From a virus: a stretch of DNA of 64,000 bases. The notes under the pieces are model-generated. The model did not search any database and had not been told where the DNA came from. It was given only the letters and a program-made list of their open reading frames with translations. Numbering within the stretch: position 1 is the first letter of the stretch; the number at the start of each line of letters is the position of its first letter. Below, in pieces: positions 8,708-20,000 of this stretch. The stretch lies in IMG/VR virus record IMGVR_UViG_3300020054_000866, positions 1 to 64,000 of that record. One strand, 5' to 3'. A program made the translations under genes and the position numbers.

Positions 8708-9544
8708 CTAAATCTTTTTGCGTTTGTCACGCCACATGCGGTACGTGTTCGCTCTGCGGTCTCCGTTCCATGGTTTCCATGGCCCACAGTAGTGAACGAT
8801 TACCGGTTTGATCTCAGCCGGGTCCCAGTCATAAGATTTCGTGTTCTTCACGTACGGATTGTCTGGCATGAGGTAGAAGTTGTAAATCAGAGGCAGCTCG
8901 TCCCAGTCGTAGTGAAGAGCGAGAAACAGCGCGTCCTGCGCGCCGTTAAGAAGCTCATCCGACCTCTCTTTGACGATCTTCTTCAATTTTGCTGTCACGC
9001 CGGTTTTTCTCCAGCGCTCGAGGTTCACAATCATCACGCCAGTGCTGAAGTATCTGCCTGGTGTTCCGAGAAGCCTCTCTGCCTCGTTTGGCTGATTCTG
9101 ATCTACCACGGCGATCGTCTGCTCTGGCTCGATACTCAAAAAGTCGGGAAACCGCCTCATGATCAAAATGTCAATATCTAGGTAGTACGCGTATTTGATG
9201 TGTTTTGGCAGAGCCTCGTTCAGAAGACACTTTGCGTACTGAAATGCAGAAATGTCAGGCTCGTCCGGGTCCTGCCAAAACCTCTTTAACTCATCTACGT
9301 GCTTCATAGGCAGAACTGACGTTCTCATGTCAATTCCGTATTTTTCTGCAACATCGCCGATCTTGTCGATGTTCTTTACCTTCGTCCCGCCCTCAAAGAT
9401 GACGTAGATTGGCACCTTGCCATCACAGGCCTCCCACGCATCAACAAGAGCGACAGGTAGGTAGTCAATGTACATATCGTCGGTGATAAAGACGATTGCT
9501 TTGTCATTTTTCATAGTTTCGTCCTCTTCTTCCTTTTCTATCAT
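8708..9544 (-). CDS. Glycosyltransferase family 8 (GT-A fold)
   Basis: YYLDID (DxD), YFSTGVMIVNL..W, QDAL, LP.IYN and HYCGPWKPW. Confidence 0.88.
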   Translation of the reverse strand: MIEKEEEDETMKNDKAIVFITDDMYIDYLPVALVDAWEACDGKVPIYVIFEGGTKVKNIDKIGDVAEKYGIDMRTSVLPMKHVDELKRFWQDPDEPDISAFQYAKCLLNEALPKHIKYAYYLDIDILIMRRFPDFLSIEPEQTIAVVDQNQPNEAERLLGTPGRYFSTGVMIVNLERWRKTGVTAKLKKIVKERSDELLNGAQDALFLALHYDWDELPLIYNFYLMPDNPYVKNTKSYDWDPAEIKPVIVHYCGPWKPWNGDRRANTYRMWRDKRKKI

Positions 9545-9608
9545 AAGGACGGCTGAAAATCGGCACTTTTGACCATTTTAGGCCATATCATTGGTATAAG
9601 TCCGTATG

Positions 9609-9718
9609 ACCCTTGCTTTTCATGGCTTTGTGTTACACAGGCTCAGAAATCAAGGGTATGATAGGGTTAGAACATACACCTTTAACCAAAAAGGTTTACA
9701 TCTCACATTGTACAAAGT
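9609..9718. promoter_or_regulatory. Cluster of imperfect inverted repeats upstream of the recombinase (res-site-like) and divergent promoter region
   Basis: acccttg..caagggt, accttt..aaaggt and cacattgtacaaagtg. Confidence 0.4.
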
Positions 9719-9721
9719 GCC

Positions 9722-10447
9722 GTGACTTCCATGAAAGATAAGGACCTCGCTTTACTATACGCTCGGGTCTCAACCAGCATCCAGGCGTCAGACGGTATCT
9801 CATTGGACGCGCAAGAGCGTGATCTTGTTCGAGCAGCGGAACTTGCCGGGTTCACACGATATGAGATCCTCCGCGAAGAGGGTCGCTCAGGCAAGTCGAT
9901 CTCCGGCCGGCCGGTTTTGAAAGAAGCTCTAGAGCGACTTGACGCTGGCACCGCCGGCGCACTCTTTGTCACTAGAATTGACAGACTTGCTCGATCAACA
10001 AAGGACTTTCTCAGCATAATCGACAGAGCCAGTAAATTTGACTGGAGAGTAGTTCTTCTCGACCTCAACCTTGACACGTCTACGTACCAGGGACGTTTTG
10101 TCGTCACGATAATGAGCGCGCTAGCAGAAATGGAACGCGCGATCATCGCCGAGCGCCAGAAGGACGTTCATCGTGATCGACGAGAGAAAGGTATCGTCTG
10201 GGGTGTTGACAAAGGTCCAAAGCGAATTATCTCAGATAGCACGCTTGAAACAATCGACCAACTTCGATCTACTGGCATGTCGTATCATAAGATTGCACAG
10301 AAGCTCAACACAGACGGTGTAGAAACTCCGTTTGAAAAGACCTGGCACGCATCATCTGTACGCCGAGCTTATCTTCTTGAAGAAAAAATATCGGGGCCGG
10401 GAGAGCTGCCCGTCAGCCAAGAGCAGCTCAATCCCGACCCCGAATGA
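9722..10447 (+). CDS. Small serine recombinase (resolvase/invertase family) with a short C-terminal recombinase-type DNA-binding segment
   Basis: YARVST catalytic Ser, SG...RP.L, RIDRLARS, LAEMER..I.ER and IAQKLN..G..TP....WH. Confidence 0.92.
   Translation: MTSMKDKDLALLYARVSTSIQASDGISLDAQERDLVRAAELAGFTRYEILREEGRSGKSISGRPVLKEALERLDAGTAGALFVTRIDRLARSTKDFLSIIDRASKFDWRVVLLDLNLDTSTYQGRFVVTIMSALAEMERAIIAERQKDVHRDRREKGIVWGVDKGPKRIISDSTLETIDQLRSTGMSYHKIAQKLNTDGVETPFEKTWHASSVRRAYLLEEKISGPGELPVSQEQLNPDPE
10383..10443 (-). terminator. Intrinsic terminator on the - strand overlapping the recombinase 3' end
   Basis: tcggggtcggga..gagctgc / gcagctc.tcccggccccga followed by tattttttc on the - strand. Confidence 0.7.
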
Positions 10448-10516
10448 CGTCGCTCTCTCCCAAAGCGTCGTCGATCTGTGTACAATTACATTGTACCATA
10501 ATCCTATTGGTAAATG

Positions 10517-13138
10517 TTATCTCGCGAATCTTGTAGCAACGGACCAATCAACCTCAGTCGAGGCGACCGTTCGTGGCATTAGCATCATTCCAAGAATCTC
10601 GGCTCTAGAACCGAAGCCGTTGATCTCGATCCCACGCTCTGACAACTTACGTTGAAACGCGATCTGAGTCATCGGCTTCTCGCCTCGTTCCTCACTCCAG
10701 ACTCGGTAAATTGCGTACAGCGACTTAATTGGCACTGAACCGCCTTCGGTCTCCTTAGTCTCTTCAAGGAGAAAGAATCCGATACGATCTTCGTTCTTGC
10801 GGTAGATGTCAGCAGCTTCTGTGACAGCCTTACACCAACCAAGAGAGTCTCTTGCGCTCGACCCAAGAAGTTTGATCGCGCCTTCAACAGCCCACGACAG
10901 CACAGCCGGCAGCGCGCCTTCTGGGTCGAAGATGTAGTGCTTCAAATCAGGGTCCGGGTTCTCAGGGACTTTTGTCAGAGGCACTGGTCTGATGCGTCTC
11001 CACATCGCGTCATCGGTGATGACTGGTCTGTGGTTTGTAGTGACCCAAAGCTTTGCACGCGACTGGAACGTGAATGGCTTTTCTCCAGGAGAGCGAGCCG
11101 AGATCTCAGAAGAACCGGTGAGCTTCTTGACTGAGTTTTCTTTCATTCTCTCAGTTTCAGGGAGCTCGTCAACCCAAACAAGACGACGACCGCGAAGCTC
11201 TGCCCAGTGATACAGATCTGATCCGTGCGCCTGTCCGTCACCCTGCGCAAGAATGCTCGAGTCAAGTGGCCACGCGTATTGTGACGTTCCCATCGCTTTC
11301 ACAAGCGCTTCGACAAGAGTGTTCTTACCAGAGCCTGGAGGTCCGTACACTAAGAACATGATGTCGTGAGTACGAAGACCTGTCAACGAGTATCCGGCAG
11401 CTTTTTGCAACCACTCTTGAAGTTCCTTGTCGCCGCCTGTAGCAAAGTCAAGGAATTGCTCCCAGCGAATATTCCGAATCCCCGGGTTGTACGCAACTGG
11501 CGCACGTCTCGTGATGTAGAGATCTGGTCGACCGCGAAGAAGCTCGCCCGTTCTCAGGTCGATGACACCGTTCGCTACTCCAAGAAGAGTTTCGTCACTG
11601 TCCCATGACTCGACTGGGATGAGAATTCTTGGGTCGGAGTTGGCGCTTTCAATCGCGCCGCTGATACGAGCGTTTGACTTTGCCTGTTGCGCCCAGCGAA
11701 TTACCTCAGACTGTTTGTCAGCATCGTCGAGGTAGTGCGTCACCTCGCTAGCGATGATCGGCGCAAGCTTCTTAGACAGCTCGCGCATCTCAAGATTTTC
11801 TGCGTCTGGCTTCCAGTATCCGCCGTCCCAGTGGAACCAGCCTAGTCCCGGAGTGTACCGAATAGCAGCACCAAACGAATCCACGAGACGTCGTCCATTG
11901 CCAGTATCTGAGAGGGTACGCTTTCCAGGCTCCCCGCCTTCCCCTGCCCCAAGCGCGTCAGGGTCTTGTGGTACGTCGATATTTGAGATGCTAGACGCGT
12001 CGGCAATCGAATCGCCGTCTTTAATGGCACTGTATACACTGCCAGAGATAGTGCCAGGTAGATGTACGTCATCAGCAGAGGGAGCACTCGAGCTTTTCTG
12101 CGTTGCCGATTCTTTCTTATCTCCAACGCTCGCACGACTCTCCTCCTGCGATTTATTTGCCCATTCCTGTAGACCCGGCCAAAGCTTTTCAGTCTTAGGG
12201 TTGTTGACAACAAAATCAATAGCGCGACGCACGTGCATAAGAAGTCCGCCGGAGCCCTCGAGCTCAAGTGGTGGCCGCACCTTCTCTGCGTTGAAACGAA
12301 TCATCATTGTTTCAACAGCCAAACGACCGGCTTCAGTATTTACTGGAAACTTGTTCGCAAGAGCGCACGCCATAGCGTAGATATCTACAGCGCGCGATCC
12401 TTCGTCGATACCTTCGTCAAGAAGGCGATCAACATCTACTCTCTCACCGGCAAACTCTAGCCCGTCAAGAAAACCCCACTCGCCCTCAGCAAGTGCTGTC
12501 TCCAATCTCTTCGACCTCTTGCGAAGAGATGCAAGTAGTTCTTCAGGCGCCTCTGCTATTTCAATTTCCCATGGAGCCTTGCCCGGCGCCCAGTCGTAGC
12601 ACACTCCAGAGAAGTGACGAGACGGTGCGATAAGCACATAGCCATTGTGCTTGATATCAATTCCACCAAGCCCAGACTTTTTTAGATTGCCAACAAGTCC
12701 TTCGGACTGATCGCACTTGTAGAAGAGATGTCGGCCACGAACTGAGCGCCCGTTCATAGAGTACTCGCCAGTGATCGCCTCTACCGTCGGAGGAAGCGCT
12801 CCATCGACCAGAGCTTCAAACTTCTCAAACGAGTCAGGTCCACCAGAGCGAGGGTCGATGTCGATAACAAAGAAACCGCTTGGCTTGCAAAAGACGCTGA
12901 CGTTATTCTGCGGTGACTTTGTCCACCACTCGTCTACTATGGAGACGTCGCTCGTCGCATGAAGATTCCACTCCGGAATGCTCGGATGCTTTCCGACGTC
13001 TTTTGGCTCAGGGTGTGTGCCGCCGCACGTGCATCGGCCGTTGTCAATGCCATAGCATGGCATGACGTGCCAACCCTGCGCGGCGTACCACGAGGCTGCC
13101 GGCCCAAGACGGCCCTCTGCGTCTGCCCACGTGCTCAC
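10517..13138 (-). CDS. Bifunctional primase-polymerase (Prim-Pol) fused to a D5/P4-type SF3 helicase
   Basis: GKHP, VIDIDPR, GRHLFY, D5_N-like DTGNGRRL, Walker A GPPGSGKNT, WVDE and TTNHRP. Confidence 0.93.
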   Translation of the reverse strand: MSTWADAEGRLGPAASWYAAQGWHVMPCYGIDNGRCTCGGTHPEPKDVGKHPSIPEWNLHATSDVSIVDEWWTKSPQNNVSVFCKPSGFFVIDIDPRSGGPDSFEKFEALVDGALPPTVEAITGEYSMNGRSVRGRHLFYKCDQSEGLVGNLKKSGLGGIDIKHNGYVLIAPSRHFSGVCYDWAPGKAPWEIEIAEAPEELLASLRKRSKRLETALAEGEWGFLDGLEFAGERVDVDRLLDEGIDEGSRAVDIYAMACALANKFPVNTEAGRLAVETMMIRFNAEKVRPPLELEGSGGLLMHVRRAIDFVVNNPKTEKLWPGLQEWANKSQEESRASVGDKKESATQKSSSAPSADDVHLPGTISGSVYSAIKDGDSIADASSISNIDVPQDPDALGAGEGGEPGKRTLSDTGNGRRLVDSFGAAIRYTPGLGWFHWDGGYWKPDAENLEMRELSKKLAPIIASEVTHYLDDADKQSEVIRWAQQAKSNARISGAIESANSDPRILIPVESWDSDETLLGVANGVIDLRTGELLRGRPDLYITRRAPVAYNPGIRNIRWEQFLDFATGGDKELQEWLQKAAGYSLTGLRTHDIMFLVYGPPGSGKNTLVEALVKAMGTSQYAWPLDSSILAQGDGQAHGSDLYHWAELRGRRLVWVDELPETERMKENSVKKLTGSSEISARSPGEKPFTFQSRAKLWVTTNHRPVITDDAMWRRIRPVPLTKVPENPDPDLKHYIFDPEGALPAVLSWAVEGAIKLLGSSARDSLGWCKAVTEAADIYRKNEDRIGFFLLEETKETEGGSVPIKSLYAIYRVWSEERGEKPMTQIAFQRKLSERGIEINGFGSRAEILGMMLMPRTVASTEVDWSVATRFAR

Positions 13139-13400
13139 TGCGGGCGTACGATTCTGTTTAGTGAGAGATCAAATGACTTACACATTCCCTGCGACGACAA
13201 GATGTTGTTAGAAGACTGACGGTCTTCGGTGGCTGACTGCTTGGACACTATACACATTTCTTCGACTCAAGACCTGACGAACTCAAAAAAGTGGGAATAC
13301 TTCTAACTATATCACAGTGTGTGCAGAGAGATTGTGATATTGTTCTGTACATCATTTAGTACATAGTGCTAAATAGTCAGCACCTTCAGCGAGGTAGTAC

Positions 13401-13649
13401 ATGGGAAAGCTTTTTGATGAGATACAGGAGTCTAACGTCGTGAAAGGAAGCAAGTCACGAATAGTAGAAATCCTAGATCATCTCGATAAGACAGACAGAA
13501 AAGATCTTATTGAGGCGCTAAATGATCATAGCATACCGGCATCAAACATTTCAAGAGCAATGGCAAAACGCGGGCACAAACTTGCTGTGCACGTCATTAC
13601 CCGCTATCGACGCGGAGAATTGGTGACAAAGATCGATGAGTCTCTCTGA
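13401..13649 (+). CDS. Small hypothetical protein, possibly HTH
   Basis: RBS gaggt; overlaps the phosphoesterase start. Confidence 0.65.
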   Translation: MGKLFDEIQESNVVKGSKSRIVEILDHLDKTDRKDLIEALNDHSIPASNISRAMAKRGHKLAVHVITRYRRGELVTKIDESL

Positions 13650-14652
13650 CGATATCAACGCCGAAGACGAAATTATCGAGCTTCGAAAAGCTCTGAAAAG
13701 AGCGCAGCAAGCCGAGTACAAGGCAAAGCGAAAGAGCGAAGAGATCGTCGAGGCCGTGTACAGAGCCGCGAAGGACTCTGCAACTGCTGTAGGCCGCGGG
13801 TCTAAGTACGCTGTAAGCGCGCCACCAAAGGATAGTAGAAAGTCTCGAGCAGAGGTTGCACTTGTGCACGCGACAGACTGGCAAAACGGTAAGAAGACAG
13901 TGAGCTACGGAATGGCGACGTGCGCTCAAAGAATGGAGCAGTTCGCAGAAAAGGTCCTCGAGCTCACGACTCTACAAAGAACTCATCACCCAGTGAAGGA
14001 ATGTGTTCTTATGTTTGGCGGCGACATGGTCGAAGGCATCACGATCTTCCCGGGCCAGGCCTGGGAGGTTGAAGCGCATCTTTTTGAGCAACTCTTCGAA
14101 ACAGTTGCAATTGAAGAATCATTAGTAAGAACTTTAGCGGGTTTCTTTGAGAAGGTTCACGTTGTCTGCGAATACGGAAACCACGGGCGTCTAGGCCGCC
14201 GCGGCGAGCTGCCGGCCGGCGACAATATTGACGCTATGACGTATCGGATCGCCCAAGACAGAACTAAGGATCTGAAAAATGTGACATGGCAGATGTCTGG
14301 TGACTGGTTTCAGATCGTCGAGATTGGTAACTATCGCGCGCTTCTAGTGCATGGCGACGAGATCAAATCATTCGGTGGCAATACACCAGCCTTCGGTATT
14401 CTGAGAAAGGCCAACGCGTGGGCAACTGGCGTCATCGACGAATTCCAAGATGTCTACATGGGCCACTGGCATACTCCAATGTCGTTGACAATGTCAAATG
14501 GTGGACGGGTATTCGTGTCAGGTTCACCAGAATCTCACAACGAGTACGCCAGAGAATTTGTCGCAGCAGTTGGAAAGCCGTCTCAGCGGCTTCATTTTGT
14601 TGACCCAGACAAGGCTAGGGTTACCGCAGAATACGTTGTGTGGCTTGATTGA
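13636..14652 (+). CDS. Calcineurin-like metallophosphoesterase / nuclease with an N-terminal coiled coil
   Basis: DWQ (DxH variant), GGDMVEG, GNHGR, HGD and GHWH motifs. Confidence 0.85.
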   Translation: MSLSDDINAEDEIIELRKALKRAQQAEYKAKRKSEEIVEAVYRAAKDSATAVGRGSKYAVSAPPKDSRKSRAEVALVHATDWQNGKKTVSYGMATCAQRMEQFAEKVLELTTLQRTHHPVKECVLMFGGDMVEGITIFPGQAWEVEAHLFEQLFETVAIEESLVRTLAGFFEKVHVVCEYGNHGRLGRRGELPAGDNIDAMTYRIAQDRTKDLKNVTWQMSGDWFQIVEIGNYRALLVHGDEIKSFGGNTPAFGILRKANAWATGVIDEFQDVYMGHWHTPMSLTMSNGGRVFVSGSPESHNEYAREFVAAVGKPSQRLHFVDPDKARVTAEYVVWLD

Positions 14653-14726
14653 TAAGCAGTTTTTCTTTCTCGCAGCTTGACGCCTTTGATAGGATATCTA
14701 AGGACACCTAGACCTGGAGAAACGAT

Positions 14727-15470
14727 GTGGCCTGGCCAGCAGACGTACTTACTAGAACTGTCACAGGCACGTATCTAACTGGTGTCGGGTCTGCGGCACG
14801 CGGGCGCGTGACATTCACGCCGACGACACGAGTTGTCGATATTGAAGATTCTATAGTTATAGAAGACTCTCTAACTGCCGTACTAAACTCAAATGGCTCC
14901 TTTAGCATAGATCTTCCGACCACAGACAATGATGCATTAGTACCTAGCAACTGGACTTACGAAGTTCAGGTTCGTCTTTTTGGTGTAAAGCCAAGAAAAT
15001 TCTATGCGTATCTGCCATATGGCGACGGATCTTCTGTTGATCTAAACACAGATATAAGTGGCGACGAAGGTTACACTCCAGGTGGATCAAGTTCTACTTC
15101 AGGTCTTAGAGGCCCGGTGGGGCCAAGAGGCCCAGGGATAGTCACGGGCTCTGGCGCTCCATCAAATCTTGTAGGTTTCGACGACGATATCTACATTGAC
15201 ACAACTACGGGAGATCTGTACGGCCCTAAGGCGGACGGATCTTGGCCCCCTACGCCGCTGTACAGTCCCGGGGATACGAGAAGGCACATTCATTCGCAGA
15301 TATCTCCATCTTCTACTTGGACAATTACACACGATCTTAGCGGCTACCCTGCTGTAAGTGTAGTGGACACTGCCGGCACACTCGTTTATGGCGAAATAAG
15401 TTATAGTAGTACTACAGAAGTGGTCGTTTCTTTTAGCGCACCATTTGCCGGTTACGCGTACCTCACATAG
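14727..15470 (+). CDS. Tail-associated structural protein with a short collagen-like stretch
   Basis: GLRGPVGPRGPG; C-terminal WTITHDLSGYPAVSVVD domain typical of phage fibres. Confidence 0.65.
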   Translation: MAWPADVLTRTVTGTYLTGVGSAARGRVTFTPTTRVVDIEDSIVIEDSLTAVLNSNGSFSIDLPTTDNDALVPSNWTYEVQVRLFGVKPRKFYAYLPYGDGSSVDLNTDISGDEGYTPGGSSSTSGLRGPVGPRGPGIVTGSGAPSNLVGFDDDIYIDTTTGDLYGPKADGSWPPTPLYSPGDTRRHIHSQISPSSTWTITHDLSGYPAVSVVDTAGTLVYGEISYSSTTEVVVSFSAPFAGYAYLT

Positions 15471-15486
15471 CCAATAGGAGCCTGGA

Positions 15487-17028
15487 ATGGCTAATCAATT
15501 CCTTACAAGTATTGACCTCAATCAGAATCAGATTATTGATGGTCGTTTTGAGGTTCTTGCTTCTGCGCCAGGCGCTGGTGTATCCTACGAGGGTAGAATC
15601 TACTACGATTCCACGCTAGACGCCCTTCGAGTCTACGCAGACGGCGCCTGGGTGTCGTTGATTCATAACGTATCTTCCACTACAACGCAGCTCAATGCTT
15701 CGACAAGTGGAAATACAATAGATCTCAGCCTAGACGCTTCTTCTTCAAATATTGCCGACTACTTAGTACTTCGCGACGGGTCAGGTAACTTTGCCGCCGG
15801 AACAATCACCGCGACGTTCAGCGGCAACCTCACTGGAAATGTCACCGGTCAAGTATCGGATATCAGCAATCACGATACCGGCGATCTTACTGAAGGATCC
15901 AATCTTTACTTTACAGACGCTAGAGTAATTGCCGCAATTGCAGCAAACACTGGCGATCTTGACGTCAACAATCAGAAAATAACAAATCTTGCAACACCGA
16001 CAAACGCGTCGGATGCTGCAACAAAAGGATACGTTGACGGTGTAAGCCAGGGGCTAGACGTTAAGCAGTCTGTACGTGTAGCTACAACCGGCGCTCTTAG
16101 CATCACAACAGATCTCGAGGCTGGAGATTCTGTCGACAACATTACTCTTGTCGCTGGCGACAGAGTTCTTGTTAAGAACCAGGCATCAGGCGCAGAAAAC
16201 GGTATCTACGTTGTTCAGGCCTCAGGCGCTGCCGTCCGCGCAGATGACGCGAACTCAAACGATGACGTAACCGCTGGGATGTTCACCTTCGTTGAAGAAG
16301 GCGATACGTACGCTGACACCGGCTGGGTTCTTACAACTAACGAGACAATCACTCTTGGGACTACCGCTCTTGCGTTTGCTCAATTCTCAGGAGCTGGCAC
16401 ATACACTGCTGGTCCTGGTCTTGATCTTACGGGCGGCGACTTCAGTGTCAACGTTGATGACTCGACTATCGAGATTGTCACTGACACGCTTCAAGTCAAG
16501 GCAGCCGGCATTGACGAGAGTCATCTCAACGCTTCAGTCGCCGGCGACGGTCTAACTGGCGGCGGCGGCTCGGCTCTTGCTGTTGGTGGAACGGCGAACA
16601 GAATCACTGTCACAGCTGATGCCGTAGACATTGCATCTACGTATGTTGGACAGTCGAGCATTACGACACTCGGAACTATTGCGACCGGTACCTGGGAGGC
16701 CACAGACGTTGCCGTTGCTCACGGCGGTACCGGAGCAAGTACTGCCGCAGATGCTCGCGACAATTTAGCTGACACCTCGACGAGCGGGCTAACAACAAGT
16801 ACTCCAACTCTTGCCAGAATTTCTGCGCAGACAATTGGAGACGGTTCAAACGTTTCGTACACAGTCCAGCACAACTTCGGAACAAAAGACGTCGTAGTGC
16901 AAGTGTACGAGATTGCAAATGACCAAACAGTCTTTGCCGACGTTGATAGAAACTCAATCAACGACGTTGTTATTACATTTGCTTCAGCACCGGCTACTAA
17001 CACGTACCGCGTAGTTGTAACTGGCTAA
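15487..17028 (+). CDS. Tail fibre protein
   Basis: ITNLATPTNASDAATKGYVD, SVRVATT, GDRVLVKNQ...ENGIY, VAHGGTGA and C-terminal HNFGT.DVVVQVY. Confidence 0.8.
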   Translation: MANQFLTSIDLNQNQIIDGRFEVLASAPGAGVSYEGRIYYDSTLDALRVYADGAWVSLIHNVSSTTTQLNASTSGNTIDLSLDASSSNIADYLVLRDGSGNFAAGTITATFSGNLTGNVTGQVSDISNHDTGDLTEGSNLYFTDARVIAAIAANTGDLDVNNQKITNLATPTNASDAATKGYVDGVSQGLDVKQSVRVATTGALSITTDLEAGDSVDNITLVAGDRVLVKNQASGAENGIYVVQASGAAVRADDANSNDDVTAGMFTFVEEGDTYADTGWVLTTNETITLGTTALAFAQFSGAGTYTAGPGLDLTGGDFSVNVDDSTIEIVTDTLQVKAAGIDESHLNASVAGDGLTGGGGSALAVGGTANRITVTADAVDIASTYVGQSSITTLGTIATGTWEATDVAVAHGGTGASTAADARDNLADTSTSGLTTSTPTLARISAQTIGDGSNVSYTVQHNFGTKDVVVQVYEIANDQTVFADVDRNSINDVVITFASAPATNTYRVVVTG

Positions 17029-17065
17029 CATATAAGGGTCGAGGCCCTTACGGAGGAACTGAGTC

Positions 17066-20000
17066 GTGGCTCAGAAATTTACCACCCCTATCACGATACG
17101 TGATTTATCTTCAGCGTCCTCCGACTCAATAGCGGTATCTCTTAGTGGCGACACAAACGATCGTTTTAAGATCGAAGCCGGTGGTAGAATTGTCTGGGGC
17201 ACTGGATCTTCTGCCGGAGATGTAAACCTCTACAGAGACGCATCAAACGCTCTAAAGACTGACGACACGTTCGAAGCTGCGGCTGGCGTAATTACTCTTA
17301 CTACAGCCGGAACTCCAACAGCGACAATTGCAGATGGCGCACTTGCTGTTGACACGACAAACGACATCCTGTACTTTAGATCTGGCAGCTCGTGGGTTCA
17401 GGTGTCAGGAACTGGCACAGACCACGGAACATTAGCAGGTCTTGGCGACGACGATCACACAATTTATTTGCTGGCTGACGGCACAAGGACAGCCACAGAA
17501 TTAACAATTTCTGGCGATCTTACAGTAGACACTGACACTCTCTACGTAGACAGCGCGAACAACCGTGTCGGTATTGGAACAACAACACCAACAGTCGCAT
17601 TAGACGTAACTGGCAATGCGTTTATCTCACAAGACGCAGAAGTTGACGGTATACTAACTGCGAATCACATCCATGGCAATATCGCCGGCTCAGTCTATAT
17701 ACACGTCAAGAATACGTCGGGTTCGACTATAGCTGCTGGAACACCTGTCTATGCTACAGGTTCTGTTGGTGCATCCGGAGCAACTGAGGTTTCACCTTCG
17801 GATGCTTCAACGTCTTCAACAATGCCAGCACTTGGCATCACACAAGTAGCCCTTGCAAACAACGCTGAAGGACATGCTACTGTTCTGGGTGTAGTTGGAG
17901 GCCTGAACACCAGCGCATACGCGGTGAATACCACACTGTACGTAGCGCCAGGCGGCGGACTAACATCCACACGTCCAACGTCTTCTTCCGATCTGGTTCA
18001 GGCGATTGCAAGAGTAGTCAGAACAGATTCTTCAACGGGTGAGCTACTTGTTCTTGGTGCAGGTAGAACAAACGACATCCCGAACGATATCACTTTGGGT
18101 ACGGACACAATCGGCGACTATGTTGAGTCTCTTGTAGCCGGCACTGGAATAACTCTCAGCAACAACAGCGGCGAAGGCGCAACTCCAACCATAGAAATAG
18201 GTCAAGCCGTCGGCACGACTGATAGTGTCACATTTAGCGACGTCACTGTTAGCGGCAACCTTACTGTCAGCGGCAGCACCACGACAGTAGACACCGCTAC
18301 TCTTTCTGTAGAAGATCCACTGATTATCTTAGCGAGCGGAAACAACACCGCTGACGTTGTAGACATCGGTTTTTATGGTCTCTACGACACAAGCGGATCA
18401 CAAGATCTCTACGCCGGTCTTTTCCGAGACGCAACCGACGGAAAGTTCAAACTATTTAAAGATTCACAGAGCGCGCCGACGAGTACAGTCGACACTGGAG
18501 CTTCCGGCTACTCCGTGGCAGATCTTGTAGCGAATGTTGAAGGAAATCTTACAGGAACCGCAGACTCTGCGAACACTCTTTCCACATCAAGAACTATCAG
18601 TCTATCTGGCGATGTCGTCGGGTCGGTGTCATTTGACGGTTCGGCAAACGTTTCAATATCAACAACTATTCAGGCAGACTCCGTAGCCTTAGGTACTGAC
18701 ACCACAGGCGATTACGTGGAGTCGCTGGTTGCCGGGACCGGAGTGTCGCTACTCAACAACACTGGAGAGGGCGCGACACCAACGATCTACATCGGTCAGG
18801 ATGTTGGGACGGGTGCGAGTGTCACCTTCGGACATGTTTCCGCAGATCTAACTGGAAGCATCACTGGTGATGTTTACGCAAGCAACGGAACATCCAAAGT
18901 TTTAGACAACGGAACCAACGGCACTGACGCAACGTTTATCGGTGCAGTAACCGGAACTGTATCGGACATTTCTAACCACGACCTCGGCGATCTCGGCGAC
19001 GTTAACTTCACAATCGTCACCCCAGCACAAGGCGATGTCGTTTATTACGACGGCGCAGAATGGGTCAACTTCCCGTTGTCCATCGGGGATGTTGGTGGCG
19101 TCAACTTCACAACCAGTCCGACAACCGGCGACTTCCTAAAGTTCAATGGAACAGATTGGGTCCCGGACGCGATCGATCTCGGTACCGACACCACCGGTGA
19201 CTACGTAGAAAGCCTTGTCGCGGGCACGGGTGTCACTCTTTCAAATAACACTGGCGAAGGTGCGACGCCAACTGTGGCAATTGGGCAGGCTGTTGCAGCT
19301 TCGGACGACGTCACGTTCAACACAGTCACTGGCACAAATGGGGTAGTCACTCTCACTACAGCAGGCACTCCAACCGCGACAATTGCTGACGGCGCGATCG
19401 CAGTTGACACTACAAACGATCTTCTATACTTTAGATCTGGGTCGACCTGGCAGCAAGTTACCGGCGGCGGTGGCGCTTCTGTAACTGTCTCAGACGGAGC
19501 GCCATCGTCACCGTCTTCAGGCGATCTGTGGTACGAGTCCGACACCGGCTCCATGTTCGTCTACTACGACGACGGTGACACTCAGCAGTGGGTTGAGGTC
19601 GGTGGCTCAAGTGTTGTAGCGATGACAGTTTCAGACACTCCACCGTCTACGCCAAGCAATGGCGACATGTGGTTTGAGTCTGACACCGGAAAAACGTATG
19701 TTTACTACACTGACGGAACGTCAAGTCAATGGGTCGAGGTTGGCGCCGCCGCGAGCGCGGCAGCGTACGTAGAAGTCTCAGACACAGCACCCTCTGCTCC
19801 TGATAACGGCACGCTGTGGTACGACTCCACTACTAGCGCTCTTCTCGTCTACTACAACGACGGAAGTTCAGCGCAATGGATCGAGGTCATTGGCGACAGC
19901 GTTGTTGCGATGACAACATCTGATACGGCGCCTAGCAGCCCCACGAACGGCGATCTTTGGTTTGAATCAGACACCGGCAGAACGTATCTCTACTACGACG

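Noticed and set aside
9722-10447. Integrase and prophage attachment site
   Set aside because: At 241 aa it lacks the long C-terminal domains of large serine integrases, and no host boundary or att pair is visible.
11754-12380. Long antisense or alternative-frame ORFs (also 4561-5058, 54412-54927, 63166-63747 and many in Gly-rich genes)
   Set aside because: They are shadows of well-supported genes and have no motifs or RBS.
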